Assembly: GCA_963705185.1 (NCBI GenBank)
Contig: CAVPJF010000033.1
Span: 538-64,537, forward strand
DNA length: 64,000 nucleotides
Direction of reading: 5' to 3'
DNA from: an uncultured Bacteroidales bacterium
GTDB lineage: Bacteria; Bacteroidota; Bacteroidia; Bacteroidales; JAADJA01
The translations under genes and the position numbers were made by a program. The notes under the pieces were generated by a model that did no database searches, had not been told where the DNA came from, and was given only the letters and a program-made list of their open reading frames with translations. Shown here piece by piece: positions 20,810 to 32,120 of the stretch (positions within the stretch are counted from its first letter, which is position 1; each line of letters starts with the position of its first letter).

Positions 20810-22801
20810 TTATTTCTTAGTCAGTGAGGCCAAAACATCCTCATGAATCACAACCGGATATTTGGCTTTTAATTCCTTTATCCATTCTTTCTCCAGATAT
20901 TCCTGATAGCCGGCAGTAATTAATCCTCTGGCTTCATCAAAAGTTTTTGGCTCAGGTTCAACTTTGTCATGAACGACAACAAAAACAGTCTTTCCTTTTT
21001 CTATCTTATTCTCAGAGATTCCTTTTTTCCATTTTATCGAATCTATGAGGCTGTTGTCCTTGCTCTGGAATTTTTTTCTCTCTATTTTTAAAACATTCAA
21101 TGAGTCCTTATTGATAGCTGTCAGCACTTCATCATCCGATTTTCCTTCACTTGCCAAAGTCCTTGCAAGCCTGACATAGGATGTGTCGCTGAAAGTGTAT
21201 ATGGAAGCATCAAGACGGATATCCCACATAAAATCGGAACTGTGCTGGTCATAGTAGTTCTTTAATCCGGTTGTATCTTTTGTGGCATAAGTCCAGATTT
21301 TATCGTTAGTCAATTCGAATAAAAGGATGCCATCACGGTATTCTTTCGTAATAGCCTTGAATTCAGGATACTTTTCTTCCAGGTGCTTATCTTCGTATGC
21401 TTTACATTCTTTATTTGAAAATTCAGTAAATTTCTTATTTACGAACTCATTAATGCTTTCCTCTTTGGCGATATTCTGGTCAGCGGCAATAAACTCAGCA
21501 AATTGTTTTTGGGTAAAGGGTTGCTTATCAAGGGTAAATACTGCACTGCTCAAAGCCTCACCAGCCGGAACAGTCCATTTACCCTGGTATATTGTCGAAT
21601 CGAAGAGGCTGTACATTTTATTTAATCCCTTTTCATTGACTTTATATCCATATTCTTTTTTGATGTCGCTTATGATTACATCTTTGCTTTTTTGTGCACG
21701 ACTATCTTTTTTTATTCTTTTGCTCAGGTTTTCCTTCTCTTCTTCAAATGAATTAATTCCCGATTTACTATACAATTTTATAATATGCCATCCATAGAAT
21801 GTCTGTACCGGATTTGAAATATCCCCTGAATCGCTAAGGGTATTGATGGTCTGTATAAACTCAGGAACCATTCGGTTGACATTGAATTTTGGGAGCATTC
21901 CTCCTCTCTGGGCTGAACCTTTATCATCTGAATATTGCTTTACAAGGTCTTCAAAGCTTTCACCATTTTGAATTCTCAGATGTAAAGAATCAATTCTTAA
22001 ATGGATATTCATTGAATCTTCATGTGTAGCATTTTCCGGCATCTGAAGGAAAAGATGAGCTACCTCAATGGAACCCTGAGCTGGAATCCGGTCGGTTACT
22101 TTTATTAGATGGTAACCAAAATCGGAACGGACAGGCCTGGAAACGTTACCGGTTTGAGTGGTATAGGCTCCGGTTTCAAATGGATAAACCATATCAAATA
22201 CTGTAAAATATCCAAGGTCGCCTCCATTGCCGGGCATTGTTTTGTTCTTCGGTGACATCCTGTCGCGGGCAGAGGGATCGTCTGAAACATCTTTTGCAAC
22301 CATTTCAAACGATTCGCCATTGGCAATCCGGTTTTTGGCTGCCATTATTTTGTTGTATGCTGCCAATGTATCGGCAGGCATAGCAGCAGGACCTACCTTT
22401 ATTAAAATATGACTGGCCCTGATATCTTCCTTATATCTTTCATAGGCCTCTTTTAATAAAGCCTCCGTAATATCTTCATTTACAAAATAAGGTTCAGCTA
22501 ATTGTTCACGGTAGCCGGCAAGCTCTTTTTTAAATGCTGTAACGGTGTCATATCCCAGTGCTTCGGCTTCTTTAACCTTCAATTTGAAGTTGATATATAG
22601 CCCCAGGTATTCTTCAATTGATTTTTTATCAGTGATGTTCTCCTGATTATTGTTTTTTTTATAAACATACATAAAATCATCCACAGTTACATCTTCCCCT
22701 GCAATATTTATAAGAGAGCGTTTGTCCTGTGCAGATAATTCAAATACTGTTAAAGTTAACACACAAATCGTTAAAATTTTTCTTAAACTACTCATAATCA
22801 T
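20810..22801 (-). CDS. Large peptidyl-prolyl isomerase (two parvulin-like domains)
   Basis: 663 aa and intact. Motifs: RASHILIKV...GGDLGYFTVFDMVYPFE...GYHLIKV and VAHLFL...GGMLPKFNVNRMVPEF...GWHIIKL. Confidence 0.8.
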   Translation of the reverse strand: MIMSSLRKILTICVLTLTVFELSAQDKRSLINIAGEDVTVDDFMYVYKKNNNQENITDKKSIEEYLGLYINFKLKVKEAEALGYDTVTAFKKELAGYREQLAEPYFVNEDITEALLKEAYERYKEDIRASHILIKVGPAAMPADTLAAYNKIMAAKNRIANGESFEMVAKDVSDDPSARDRMSPKNKTMPGNGGDLGYFTVFDMVYPFETGAYTTQTGNVSRPVRSDFGYHLIKVTDRIPAQGSIEVAHLFLQMPENATHEDSMNIHLRIDSLHLRIQNGESFEDLVKQYSDDKGSAQRGGMLPKFNVNRMVPEFIQTINTLSDSGDISNPVQTFYGWHIIKLYSKSGINSFEEEKENLSKRIKKDSRAQKSKDVIISDIKKEYGYKVNEKGLNKMYSLFDSTIYQGKWTVPAGEALSSAVFTLDKQPFTQKQFAEFIAADQNIAKEESINEFVNKKFTEFSNKECKAYEDKHLEEKYPEFKAITKEYRDGILLFELTNDKIWTYATKDTTGLKNYYDQHSSDFMWDIRLDASIYTFSDTSYVRLARTLASEGKSDDEVLTAINKDSLNVLKIERKKFQSKDNSLIDSIKWKKGISENKIEKGKTVFVVVHDKVEPEPKTFDEARGLITAGYQEYLEKEWIKELKAKYPVVIHEDVLASLTKK

Positions 22802-22921
22802 TATATTTCGGATTAAAATTTATTTACAAGGGGCAAAGATAATTTAATTAGTAATACATCTGGAAGAATCAAAAGCCGCTTATTGGCAATAAATCAAGGT
22901 TTTTCAGAAATTTTAACTTTT

Positions 22922-24391
22922 CTACCGGCTGTAATTTGGAGCTTCGCGCGTAATGGTTATATCATGAGGATGGCTTTCGATCATTCCCGCCGAAGTAATT
23001 TTAATGAACTTGGCCTTTTGCAATTGCCGGATATTAGCTGAACCGGTATAACCCATACCAGCTCTTAACCCTCCAACCATCTGATGAATCACTTCTGATA
23101 ATCCGCCTTTAAACGGAACCCTCCCCACAATTCCTTCAGGAACAAGCTTTCTAATATCGTCTTCTACATCCTGGAAGTACCTGTCCTTAGAGCCTTTTTG
23201 CATCGCTTCGATGGATCCCATTCCCCTGTAGGTTTTGAATTTCCTTCCTTCAAAGATGATGGTTTCACCCGGTGATTCATCTACACCTGCAAATAAAGAG
23301 CCCGCCATGATGCTGTCCGCCCCGGCTGCGATTGCTTTCACAATATCACCTGTGTAACGTATACCGCCATCAGCAATAAGCGGAATGCCGCTTCCCTTAA
23401 GCCCTTTCGATACTTCATGAATCGCAGTAAGCTGAGGGATTCCGATCCCGGCAATTACACGGGTGGTACAAATGGAGCCCGGCCCAATCCCAACCTTTAC
23501 TGCATCCACTCCTATCTTTACCAGGATTTCAGCGGCATCAGAAGTGCCGATATTCCCAACGATCAACTGCAAGTCAGGGTAGAGTCTTTTTACTTCCTTT
23601 GCCATAGTCATGACTCCTTTTGAATAACCATGAGCTGTATCGATCACAATGGCATCTACCTGAGATTCGATCAATGCACTCACCCTTTCGAGGGTATCTC
23701 CGGTAACACCTACAGCGGCGGCAACCCTTAACCTGCCCCTGCTGTCCTTGCAGGCATTAGGCCTTTCCTTAATTTTAATAATATCTTTATAGGTGATTAA
23801 TCCTACTAATTTATAATTGCTATCGACAACCGGTAATTTTTCAATTTTATATTGCTGAAGAATATCGCCTGCTTTCTCAAAATCTGTAAATTCGGTAGTA
23901 GTGATAAGATTCTCTTTGGTCATTACCTCATCAACAGGTTTATCAGGATTTTTTTCAAATCTTAAATCACGGTTTGTAACAATTCCAACAAGGACATTAT
24001 TTTTATCTATCACCGGGATCCCACCAATTCCGTATTCACTCATTAACCTCAAAGCGTCTCCGACAAGTGCATCCTTTTCGATGGTGATAGGATCCAGTAT
24101 CATCCCGTTTTCAGCTCGCTTTACCCTTCGCACTTCATTGGCCTGTTCCTCAATTGTCATATTTTTATGGATTACCCCGATGCCTCCTTCCTGAGCCAAA
24201 GCTATCGCCATTTTATGTTCGGTTACAGTATCCATTGCTGCTGACACGATAGGGATGTTAAGCCTGATGTTTTTTGTAAAAAGTGTGGTCGTATCAACCC
24301 CGCGGGGCAATACTTCAGAGTATGCCGGTAGCAGCAAAACATCATCGTAGGTAAGTCCTTCTCCAGCAAATTTATCTTTATCGAAATGCAT
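22922..24391 (-). CDS. guaB: IMP dehydrogenase
   Basis: 489 aa. The sequence reads [10 protein letters not shown]...SAAMDTVTE, has a CBS pair, then [12 protein letters not shown]...GGIRYTGD...GRVPFKG. Confidence 0.95.
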   Translation of the reverse strand: MHFDKDKFAGEGLTYDDVLLLPAYSEVLPRGVDTTTLFTKNIRLNIPIVSAAMDTVTEHKMAIALAQEGGIGVIHKNMTIEEQANEVRRVKRAENGMILDPITIEKDALVGDALRLMSEYGIGGIPVIDKNNVLVGIVTNRDLRFEKNPDKPVDEVMTKENLITTTEFTDFEKAGDILQQYKIEKLPVVDSNYKLVGLITYKDIIKIKERPNACKDSRGRLRVAAAVGVTGDTLERVSALIESQVDAIVIDTAHGYSKGVMTMAKEVKRLYPDLQLIVGNIGTSDAAEILVKIGVDAVKVGIGPGSICTTRVIAGIGIPQLTAIHEVSKGLKGSGIPLIADGGIRYTGDIVKAIAAGADSIMAGSLFAGVDESPGETIIFEGRKFKTYRGMGSIEAMQKGSKDRYFQDVEDDIRKLVPEGIVGRVPFKGGLSEVIHQMVGGLRAGMGYTGSANIRQLQKAKFIKITSAGMIESHPHDITITREAPNYSR

Positions 24392-24715
24392 AAATTAGTG
24401 AGTTTTAAAACTGCCGCTAAATTAGGAAAAATTGTTAGTGGGATTGAACAATTACTATACAAATTAATGTATTTGATAGTTAATTATATTGAAAAGAGAT
24501 TCCAAAAATTATTGACTTGAAAATGAGGCGATTTGGTATTTGATAATGGTTTGTAATTGCTGAATTTTCAAATTATTGTTGTGAATACAATAATATGGGT
24601 TTGTTTAAGTTTTTATGACTGTTTAGTTTGAAGGATAAAGTTATTTTTTAAGTGGTATGGCATATAATATCATGAGGAATAGAAATATTTGGCAATATTA
24701 TCTCCAAAATATCGT

Positions 24716-24723
24716 TAACTTTG
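24716..24723 (+). promoter_or_regulatory. Candidate -7 box (TAACTTTG) for porV
   Basis: It matches the Bacteroidota TAnnTTTG motif and lies 38 nt upstream of the porV ATG. A TTTG lies 24 nt further upstream. Confidence 0.4.
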
Positions 24724-24760
24724 CAAACTTTTTTAATCTTTAACATTTTCAACAATTTTT

Positions 24761-25960
24761 ATGAAGAGACTTTCTTTAATTATTTCAGGACTTTTTTTAG
24801 TCATTGGTATTTTACAATCTCAAAATCCGGATGAATGGAATGGACAACAACCAACCACTAATACAATTACTACCGCAGTTCCATTTTTAGGTATTGGTCC
24901 GGATGCACGATCGGGAGGAATGGGAGAATTAGGGGCTGCTACCGAGCCGGATGCAAATTCCATGCATTGGAATGCTGCCAAATATGCGTTTATTGATAAG
25001 CAATTTGGATTTGCAGTGAGCTATAGCCCCTGGTTGAAAAAGCTGGTACCTGATATCAACCTTGCTTATCTTACAGGATATGCAAAAATCGATGATCGTT
25101 CAGCCGTTGCCGGTTCTCTTAAATTTTTTTCACTGGGAGAGATTGCATTTACAGATGATAACAGGGTATAATTATTTGAATGCCCGCCCGAATGAATTTT
25201 CATTGATGGAGCTTATGCCAGGAAATTCTCTCAAAAAATATCAGGTGCTGTTGCCGCAAGGTTTATTTATTCAAACCTTACCCAGGGACAGGAAGTCGAA
25301 GGAACTACCACCAAAGCCGGCACTTCTATTGCTGCCGATGTTACATTTTTCTATACTGATGATCTGAGTATCTCCTGGCTTGAATCATCAAAGCTTGCAT
25401 TTGGAGCTGCAATTACCAATATCGGCGCAAAAATATCTTATTCCAATGATGACTTAAATAAAGATTTTATTCCTACAAATTTACGGATCGGGCCTTCATG
25501 GCTCATGAACATTGACGAATTTAATTCCTTTCGTTTTTCAATCGACCTCGATAAACTTCTTGTACCCACACCACCTATCCTTTATCCTGATTCCATTGAT
25601 GCTTCAGGAAACTATGTCATCTATGATGGAATGGACGATAATGTTTCGGTTCCGAAAGGAATGGTGCAGTCCTTTTATGATGCTCCGGGAGGATTCAGCG
25701 AGGAATTGAAAGAGATTATCTGGACATTGGGATTGGAATACTGGTATGCCAAGCAGTTCAGCGTAAGAGGCGGATATTTCCATGAAAGTACCATGAAAGG
25801 CGGCAGACAATTCTTCACTTTGGGTGTTGGATTAAGGTACAATGTTTTTGGACTTGATTTTTCATATCTGATCCCGACAGAACAACAAAATCCGCTTGCA
25901 AATACACTTCGATTTACGCTTGTTTTCGATTTTGACGGATTTAAGAAACAAAGCAATTAA
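24761..25960 (+). pseudogene. porV: Type IX secretion outer-membrane protein PorV (LptO); 2 frameshifts as assembled
   Basis: The N-terminus is TAVPFLGIGPDARSGGMGELGAATEPDANSMHWN, with SYSPWLKKLVPDINLAY, and the C-terminus ends LANTLRFTLVFDF. Breaks lie near 25160 and 25205. Confidence 0.8.
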
Positions 25961-26091
25961 AGTTTAAAAACTAAAATTCTGAAAACGATTTTGAGGCTTA
26001 TGCGTACAATGGCATGAGCCTTTTTTAATGGCGATACATTTCATGTTTGAATTTCAACATTATCAGGTTAAGAATAAACTTGGGTATGCTT

Positions 26092-26577
26092 ATGAAAATT
26101 AAAGTTGGATTTGGGTTTGATGTTCATAAACTGCAAGAGGGTGAGCCTCTCTGGATCGGAGGCGTAAATATTCCTTCCGAAAAAGGAGCCATTGGCCACT
26201 CTGATGCAGATGTCTTAATTCATGCTATTTGTGATGCTATCCTTGGCGCTTTAAATCTAAGGGATATTGGTTTTCATTTTCCGAATACCGATCCCAAATT
26301 TAAAGGGATCGAAAGCATGAAACTCCTCGAGAAAGTTTGCGATATGGTCAGGGAACACAAGTATACCGTAAATAATATTGATTCCACCCTGTGCCTTGAA
26401 AAACCCAAAATATCGAAGTACATTCCCGAGATGAAAAAAACACTTGCTTCAGTAAGCTGCCTAAACGAAGAAGATATTTCAATAAAAGCCACCACCACTG
26501 AGAAGCTCGGTTTTACAGGCCGCGAAGAAGGAGTCGCTGCTTATGCGGTTGTCCTAATAAAGAAGAATGGAATCTGA
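26092..26577 (+). CDS. ispF: 2-C-methyl-D-erythritol 2,4-cyclodiphosphate synthase
   Basis: The sequence reads MKIKVGFGFDVHKL...GHSDADVLIHAICDAILGA...FTGREEG. Confidence 0.93.
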   Translation: MKIKVGFGFDVHKLQEGEPLWIGGVNIPSEKGAIGHSDADVLIHAICDAILGALNLRDIGFHFPNTDPKFKGIESMKLLEKVCDMVREHKYTVNNIDSTLCLEKPKISKYIPEMKKTLASVSCLNEEDISIKATTTEKLGFTGREEGVAAYAVVLIKKNGI

Positions 26578-26729
26578 TTACAAATCAAATTTGAATACCA
26601 TTGGCCTGCAGCTTGATTTTAATTTGAATTGTTCAACCCGGTTCCTGTGAAAACCGATTTGGTTCAAAAAATAACAAGTCTTAATTTTATTGACAATAAA
26701 TCAGGAATTATTCTTACCCACAGCAGTTA

Positions 26730-26957
26730 TTAGTTAAATAATTCAAGCTGTTTTTCACTTACAAAATATTCATCAGGCACCAGTTTATCAAAACCATTGA
26801 TATACCGGTGGATCATTTTTTTGATCAGCTTTGTGGGTGTGGTTTTTCGGGCGGTACAATAGTTTTCGAGTGACCTTTTTTGTCTTGTGCTCAACTTGAT
26901 GGTAAACTTGGAATAGCGTACTTTCTTGCGGCGTTTTGTCCGTTTTATAGCAGGCAT
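26730..26957 (-). CDS. Small basic ribbon-helix-helix-like protein (75 aa)
   Basis: The sequence is MPAIKRTKRRKKVRYSKFTIKLSTRQKRSLENYCTARKTTPTKLIKKMI. It has a basic tail and a strand-helix-helix pattern. The fold call is an inference. Confidence 0.45.
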   Translation of the reverse strand: MPAIKRTKRRKKVRYSKFTIKLSTRQKRSLENYCTARKTTPTKLIKKMIHRYINGFDKLVPDEYFVSEKQLELFN

Positions 26958-27064
26958 AATCTTGAATTTGTGGTAAAAATAGATAAAACACCAAATGGTC
27001 ACAATATAAGGCCATAAAAACTTTTAAACAATGTTATTTTCAGGGCTTTAAAGATAATCTTCCA

Positions 27065-27614
27065 TCAGAGGTAACGCTGGATCAGTTCAGCCCAGAGGAT
27101 ATATCCCGCTTCCGACAAATGCACTCCATCATAAGTATAATCTTCATCCATTTCACCTTCATTATTCAGAAAATCAGGATGGATGTCGATGAAGGTTGCT
27201 CTTCCATTTTCGCAGAAGGATTTTAGCCGAAGATTGATTTGGTAAATTATAGTATTGACTGATTTTTCAATAAAAAGTTTATGATGGTTAATGGGAAGAA
27301 TGCTTTGTACAAATAAAGTGGTATCAGGAGTTTTAATGGCGGAATTCGTCTATGATCCTTTCAATATTCGAAACGATATGATCTGGTTCATACCCCTGAT
27401 AAATATCATTGATTCCAATCATCAGGAAGACTTTTGCCGGCTTGGCGTTGGTTATTTCTTCCAGCCGGTAAAGAACATGGTCGGTTAGGTCACCGCTCAT
27501 CCCCCGGTTACGGAGATCATTCCTGCCAAAATGCTTTTGCAGGTCAAAGCTTTCAGTCAGGCTATCACCAAGGAAAACAGTATCATTCTGTCGGATATAT
27601 TGTGGAAAGAACAA
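27065..27614 (-). pseudogene. SGNH/GDSL hydrolase family protein; 1 frameshift as assembled
   Basis: Block I is FLGDSLTE, then GMSGD and MIGINDI. After the break near 27333 comes DGVHLSEAGYILWAELI (block V), ending at a TGA at 27065. Confidence 0.7.
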
Positions 27615-27617
27615 ATG

Positions 27618-27652
27618 GTTTAAAGTTCAGGGTTCAAAGTTCAAAGTTTGAC
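27618..27652. repeat. GTTCRAA heptad tract
   Basis: The tract reads GTTTAAA GTTCAGG GTTCAAA GTTCAAA GTTTGAC. A second tract, CTCAAAT TTCAATT TTCAAAT TTCCTTC, follows at about 27673-27700. Confidence 0.8.
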
Positions 27653-27701
27653 GGGACTATTTTTTGCAGTGACCTCAAATTTCAATTTTCAAATTTCCTT
27701 C

Positions 27702-28696
27702 TTAATCTTTCTTTTCGTCTGCAAAAAACTCACTGCTTTTAGCAAAAACCCTTTCAAAAAGGCCTGATTTAGAACCGCTGTATTTTGCATCAGGAACAAG
27801 TGATGATGTGATTACAAACTGGTTAACCGAATCAGCTGGAAATGCATTTATTTCGGAAGGTATTAGGTTGTTCCCTTCAAACTTTACCTGATGGGTGGGA
27901 GAACTGGTAAGCGGCATCACCTCATCAATGAAATTTGAGCTGGTTACGCTGCGCAAGTTTATTTAGATATTTTGCTGTTTTTGTTGAGTCGGTGGGTTGA
28001 CCATTCAGGAACCATTTCGTTCCTTCTTTGCTTAACACGAAACTTTCATTGTTCGGATAATTAAAGGCAATTTTTGTCAGGTCATCCTTGTTGCAGGCAA
28101 ACAAAGTCTTATCCCTGTATGCATTCACATTGGCCTGGATGCTCATTTTTATAAACCCATCCACCACATAAACCTCCTTATCACCTGCCGGCCTTACATA
28201 GGTTGACATCTTGCCTTTGTTTTGCTGCTGATATGGGTTTTGCTGCTGACCTTGCGGTGGCTGAGACATAATTGAATTTCCCCACATAAAGATCAGCGAG
28301 TAATTTACTATCGTTGTAAAGCATAATCCGGGTGGCAGTTGAATCCGTTACTTCAAATTCTTTCCATTTTGCTTCCTCTGTGGCTGCAACCCTCTCCGAC
28401 TTCATCCTGACCAATTCCGATAGAATATTTTTAACTGAAGTCGGATCCGGTTTATAAGATTTCCCATCCGATTCCAGTTTCCACTCTGCACCTGTTTTAG
28501 TAAAGGATACTTCTTTCCCCTGATCACCAAGTTTGGGGTGGATGATCATTTTGGTCACCACGGCAGTATCAATGGATACCATTTCACTTTTAAAGGTTCT
28601 TTCTTCTCTTTCCGTAAGTTTGGAGATAAGATAAATCAATCCTAAAACAACCAGTAAAATGATTAATGTCTTTGTATTTAAAAACTTCGAAAGCAT
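27702..28696 (-). pseudogene. DUF4340-like protein associated with gldG; 2 frameshifts as assembled
   Basis: It has an N-terminal TM (LIILLVVLGLIYLI) and a conserved position after gldG. The three pieces are 28181-28696, 27925-28287 and 27702-27956. Confidence 0.6.
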
Positions 28697-28716
28697 GTTA
28701 ATGAATTTTTTATTTC

Positions 28717-28758
28717 AAATCAAATATCGTAAATCATAAATCGTAAATCGAAAATCAA
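28717..28758. repeat. AAATCGT heptad tract
   Basis: The tract reads AAATCAA ATATCGT AAATCAT AAATCGT AAATCGA AAATCAA. The last unit contains the gldG stop codon (28755-28757). Confidence 0.85.
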
Positions 28759-30270
28759 ACGTATCCCTGTTCCATTCTTTTTACCCGCAGGTTTCTTTTT
28801 TGCTGCATCCTGAAAATTCCGTAGATCAGAATTAGAATAATAGGCAACAGGAAGTTTAGCCATTTCAGGAAAGCCTTCTTTCCATCTTCAATCTGATCGA
28901 GCGGGCGGGATGTTACACCTTTCGTCCTCAGATCGATCAAGCCGGTATCATCCGAAAGGAAATCAATAGAGTTGACCATAAGACTAATATTGTCTGGTGA
29001 TAACTGCTGAGCCTGCTGTCCTTCTCCATTAACGCAGAACTGGCCATCCGAAAAAACCACGATATTTGATTCAGCACTTCCTGATAGTTTGCCGGTTAAT
29101 AAAGCCCCAACGGTTAGTTTTGACAGAGGGAAATCTGCGTCGTTCCATTTTTTATTCACATCAAAGTACAGGGGTGGTGATAATGTTCCTGATTTATCCG
29201 AACTTTTAGCCAAAGGAATAAAAGTTTTTGAAGCATCTCCTGTATAGGTAATGGAACTTGCAAAAGGCAGTAATACCTGTTCAAGGCCTTTAGTAATGGG
29301 ATGAACTTCGAAAGAATTGATGATCGGAAGAAAGGGAAACTTTACATTGGTAGTGAAGTTGAAAACCCCCTGACGCTGCTGCACACCCACACTTCCACAA
29401 TTTGCATCCACAACAAAGTTATTCTCAACCACCAGTCCCTTCTCGCTCAGCCAGCGTTCCAGCCCGGTTTCAACTGATTTTCCCTGAACAGTTGAAAAGT
29501 CACCCTCCACACGATCCATTGCTATGACTAAGTTTCCACCCTGTGCCAGGTAATTATCGAGCAATTGAAAATGACCGAACGGGATAGTATCTTTTGGTGA
29601 AATAATGACGATGGTTTTATACTGGTTCAAATTGTCGCCTTCTTTAAGGTAAACAGGAACTACCTGGTAAAGCACTGCGAGCGATTGCATTACCTGACTC
29701 ATGGAAGCTACACCGGGTTCACCATGCCCCTGCAACAAACCAATCTGTGGTTTATTGGCGACTGAAAGCTTTTTAATGCTGGTCGAAAGGGAATATTCCA
29801 TGGCTGCGCCGGGCTGCATAAAGGGGATAACCTCCTTGTCATTGCCCAGTTGAACCAATGCACCCATAAAGACTTTCTTCTGGGTAGATTCATCCTTTTC
29901 ACGTGTACTTACCAGCACCGGCTGAACCCCTGCCTGGAATGCCTTTTGCTCGGTTGCCTGATCCTTGTTAGGATCGATAAATTCATACAAAACCTTGCCT
30001 TTGGATAGGTTGGCATACTCCACCAGGAGGTCTTTAAAATCACTTCTTGTAACTGCGAGGTCAGGAGGAAGTTCCTCTGTAAAATAAGCAGTTACTGTAA
30101 CAGGTTCTTCCAGATTGTTTCAAAATATCTTTGGTTGCTTTACTAAGGGTGTATCGACCATCTTCTGTAAAATCGAGCCGGAAGAAAAACCGTTCCGACA
30201 AAATATTGATCACCACCAATACTGCAATGATTAATAAAATCTGTGTCGTTATTGATTTTCTGTTTTTCAT
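28755..30270 (-). pseudogene. gldG: Gliding-motility ABC transporter accessory component GldG; 1 frameshift as assembled
   Basis: The N-terminal TM is followed by FFRLDFTEDGRYTLS. After the break near 30040 the sequence reads NLEEPVTVTAYFTEELPPDLA...EFIDPNKD, with a C-terminal TM. It lies downstream of gldF. Confidence 0.8.
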
Positions 30271-30300
30271 ATTGAATAAATTATCTTATCGGGTTTCAGG

Positions 30301-31020
30301 TTAAAGTCTTTTTTTAGCAAGGTTGGCTTCTGTAAGGATCAATCCTAAAAATATCAATGAAAAGAAGAATAAAAGGTCCTTGGTGTCGATTACTCCCCTG
30401 GAAATGGAATCGAAATGAGTGGATACGCTGAAGAAGTTGAGCACCTCACCAATGAAGCCGCCAAAATTGCTTGATAGCAGAGAAAAAATGATCTGGAAAA
30501 AGATTCCGATAAACAAGGCCAGGAGGTAACTTACAATCTGGTTATTGGAAATGCTGCTGGTAAAAATACCAATACTGATATAGGCTGCGCTCATCAGTAT
30601 CAGTCCAAGGTAACCTGACCAAACAGCTCCATGATCAATCGGTCCTAAGGTTGCTACTGTGATGTAATAGGGCAAAGTCAATGCAAGTGCAATCAGAATC
30701 AGGACAAATGTCGACATGAACTTTCCAAGTACCACCTGCCAGTCGCTTACTGGTTTTGTTAACAAAAGCTCCAGCGTGCCTGCACGGTTTTCTTCGGCAA
30801 ACTGGCGCATGGTCAGTGCTGGAATAAAGAAGAACAGTGTCCAGTAGGCAATGCTGAAAAAAGACTGCAAACTTGCCTGTTTAACAAAAAAGATATCGGC
30901 GCCGAACAGCCAGGTAAAAAATCCGCTGAAGCCTAAGAATGCGATCAGCATAATATAAGCCATCAGCGAATCGAAGAACGATTGCAGCTCGCGCCGGGTG
31001 ATTGTCCAAATTGCTTTCAT
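30301..31020 (-). CDS. gldF: Gliding-motility ABC-2 permease GldF
   Basis: 239 aa. The sequence reads TITRRELQSFFDSLMAYI...MRQFAEENRAGTLELLLTKPV. Confidence 0.85.
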   Translation of the reverse strand: MKAIWTITRRELQSFFDSLMAYIMLIAFLGFSGFFTWLFGADIFFVKQASLQSFFSIAYWTLFFFIPALTMRQFAEENRAGTLELLLTKPVSDWQVVLGKFMSTFVLILIALALTLPYYITVATLGPIDHGAVWSGYLGLILMSAAYISIGIFTSSISNNQIVSYLLALFIGIFFQIIFSLLSSNFGGFIGEVLNFFSVSTHFDSISRGVIDTKDLLFFFSLIFLGLILTEANLAKKRL

Positions 31021-31069
31021 AAAAGAATATTTTGAAATTTTTTAATTTTTACTGTTTCAGATCATTCAA

Positions 31070-31999
31070 TTAATTCATAGTCAATTCACGGAAGATATCT
31101 TCAAGCTTGGTTTCAATAGGAGTCATTTCAGTCAGGGTCCAGCCTTTTCCGACACAAAGTTTGAATATCTCCTTCCTTGATGAGATTCCCGGTTTGCTTT
31201 GAATTTCAAATGCACTTTCGTCCTTTTTCATGAAATCGACTATACCTATAGAACTCAGTCCCTGCAGCGATTTGAAAATATCATTCTTGTCTCCATCCTC
31301 AATTTTTACCTTCAGTATTTCGCGTCCTTCCGACTGCTTCCGCAAATCTTTTGAAGTGCCATCAGCGACGATCTTTCCTTTGTTGATAATGAGAATGCGG
31401 TCGCAGGTAGCTTCCACTTCGGCAAGGATATGTGAGCTGAGGATCACTGTTTTTTCCCTCCCGATCTTTTTTATAAGCTCACGAATCTCAACGATCTGGT
31501 TTGGGTCAAGACCTGAAGTAGGCTCGTCGAGGATGAGCACCTGCGGATTATGGATCAGCGCCTGCGCAAGGCCCACACGCTGCTTGTATCCTTTCGAGAG
31601 TTCCCCGATCTTTTTGTGTTTTTCGCCCTCAAGGCCACAGGTGGTAATCATTTCAAGGATTTTATCCTTAATCTTTGATTTTTCAATTCCCTGCAGTTCT
31701 GCCACAAATTTCAGGTAATCGATCACAGGCATATCGACGTAGAGCGGGTTATTCTCCGGCAGGTAACCGATCAGTTTTTTAATTTCATCAGGGTTTTGAT
31801 GAATTGAAAAATTTCCGACATGAATATCACCTTCGTTGGGTGTAAGGTAAGTGACGATGGCTTTCATCGTGGTGGTCTTTCCGGCGCCGTTGGGTCCTAA
31901 AAAACCAAGGATTTCACCCGTTTTCACCCTGAATGAGATATTGTCTACGGCTCTCTGGGCGCCGAATCGTTTTGTCAGATTTTCTACTACTATATCCAT
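31070..31999 (-). CDS. gldA: Gliding-motility ABC transporter ATP-binding protein GldA
   Basis: Walker A GPNGAGKTT, ABC signature LSKGYKQR and Walker B LILDEP. The order gldA-gldF-gldG is conserved. Confidence 0.88.
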   Translation of the reverse strand: MDIVVENLTKRFGAQRAVDNISFRVKTGEILGFLGPNGAGKTTTMKAIVTYLTPNEGDIHVGNFSIHQNPDEIKKLIGYLPENNPLYVDMPVIDYLKFVAELQGIEKSKIKDKILEMITTCGLEGEKHKKIGELSKGYKQRVGLAQALIHNPQVLILDEPTSGLDPNQIVEIRELIKKIGREKTVILSSHILAEVEATCDRILIINKGKIVADGTSKDLRKQSEGREILKVKIEDGDKNDIFKSLQGLSSIGIVDFMKKDESAFEIQSKPGISSRKEIFKLCVGKGWTLTEMTPIETKLEDIFRELTMN

Positions 32000-32120
32000 A
32001 GGTTCAAATTTTTTGCAAAGAAAAGTATCAAAGTCTAATTAAACAAACCGACTATTTTCTTTTAACATTATTTAACACTCAAATGCTTTATATCAAAGGG
32101 ATTATGGAAACAAATTCAGC

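Noticed and set aside
21327-21797. Long antisense ORFs inside well-supported genes. Other examples are 600-941, 662-1042, 5494-5796, 11592-11960, 31230-31718, 45311-45718 and 59368-59841.
   Set aside because: Each sits wholly inside a longer opposite-strand gene with clear family motifs. Their translations are low-complexity with no recognisable motifs.
26730-26957. Small RHH-like protein as an antitoxin of a toxin-antitoxin pair
   Set aside because: There is no small toxin-like ORF adjacent or overlapping. Its neighbours are an SGNH hydrolase and ispF.
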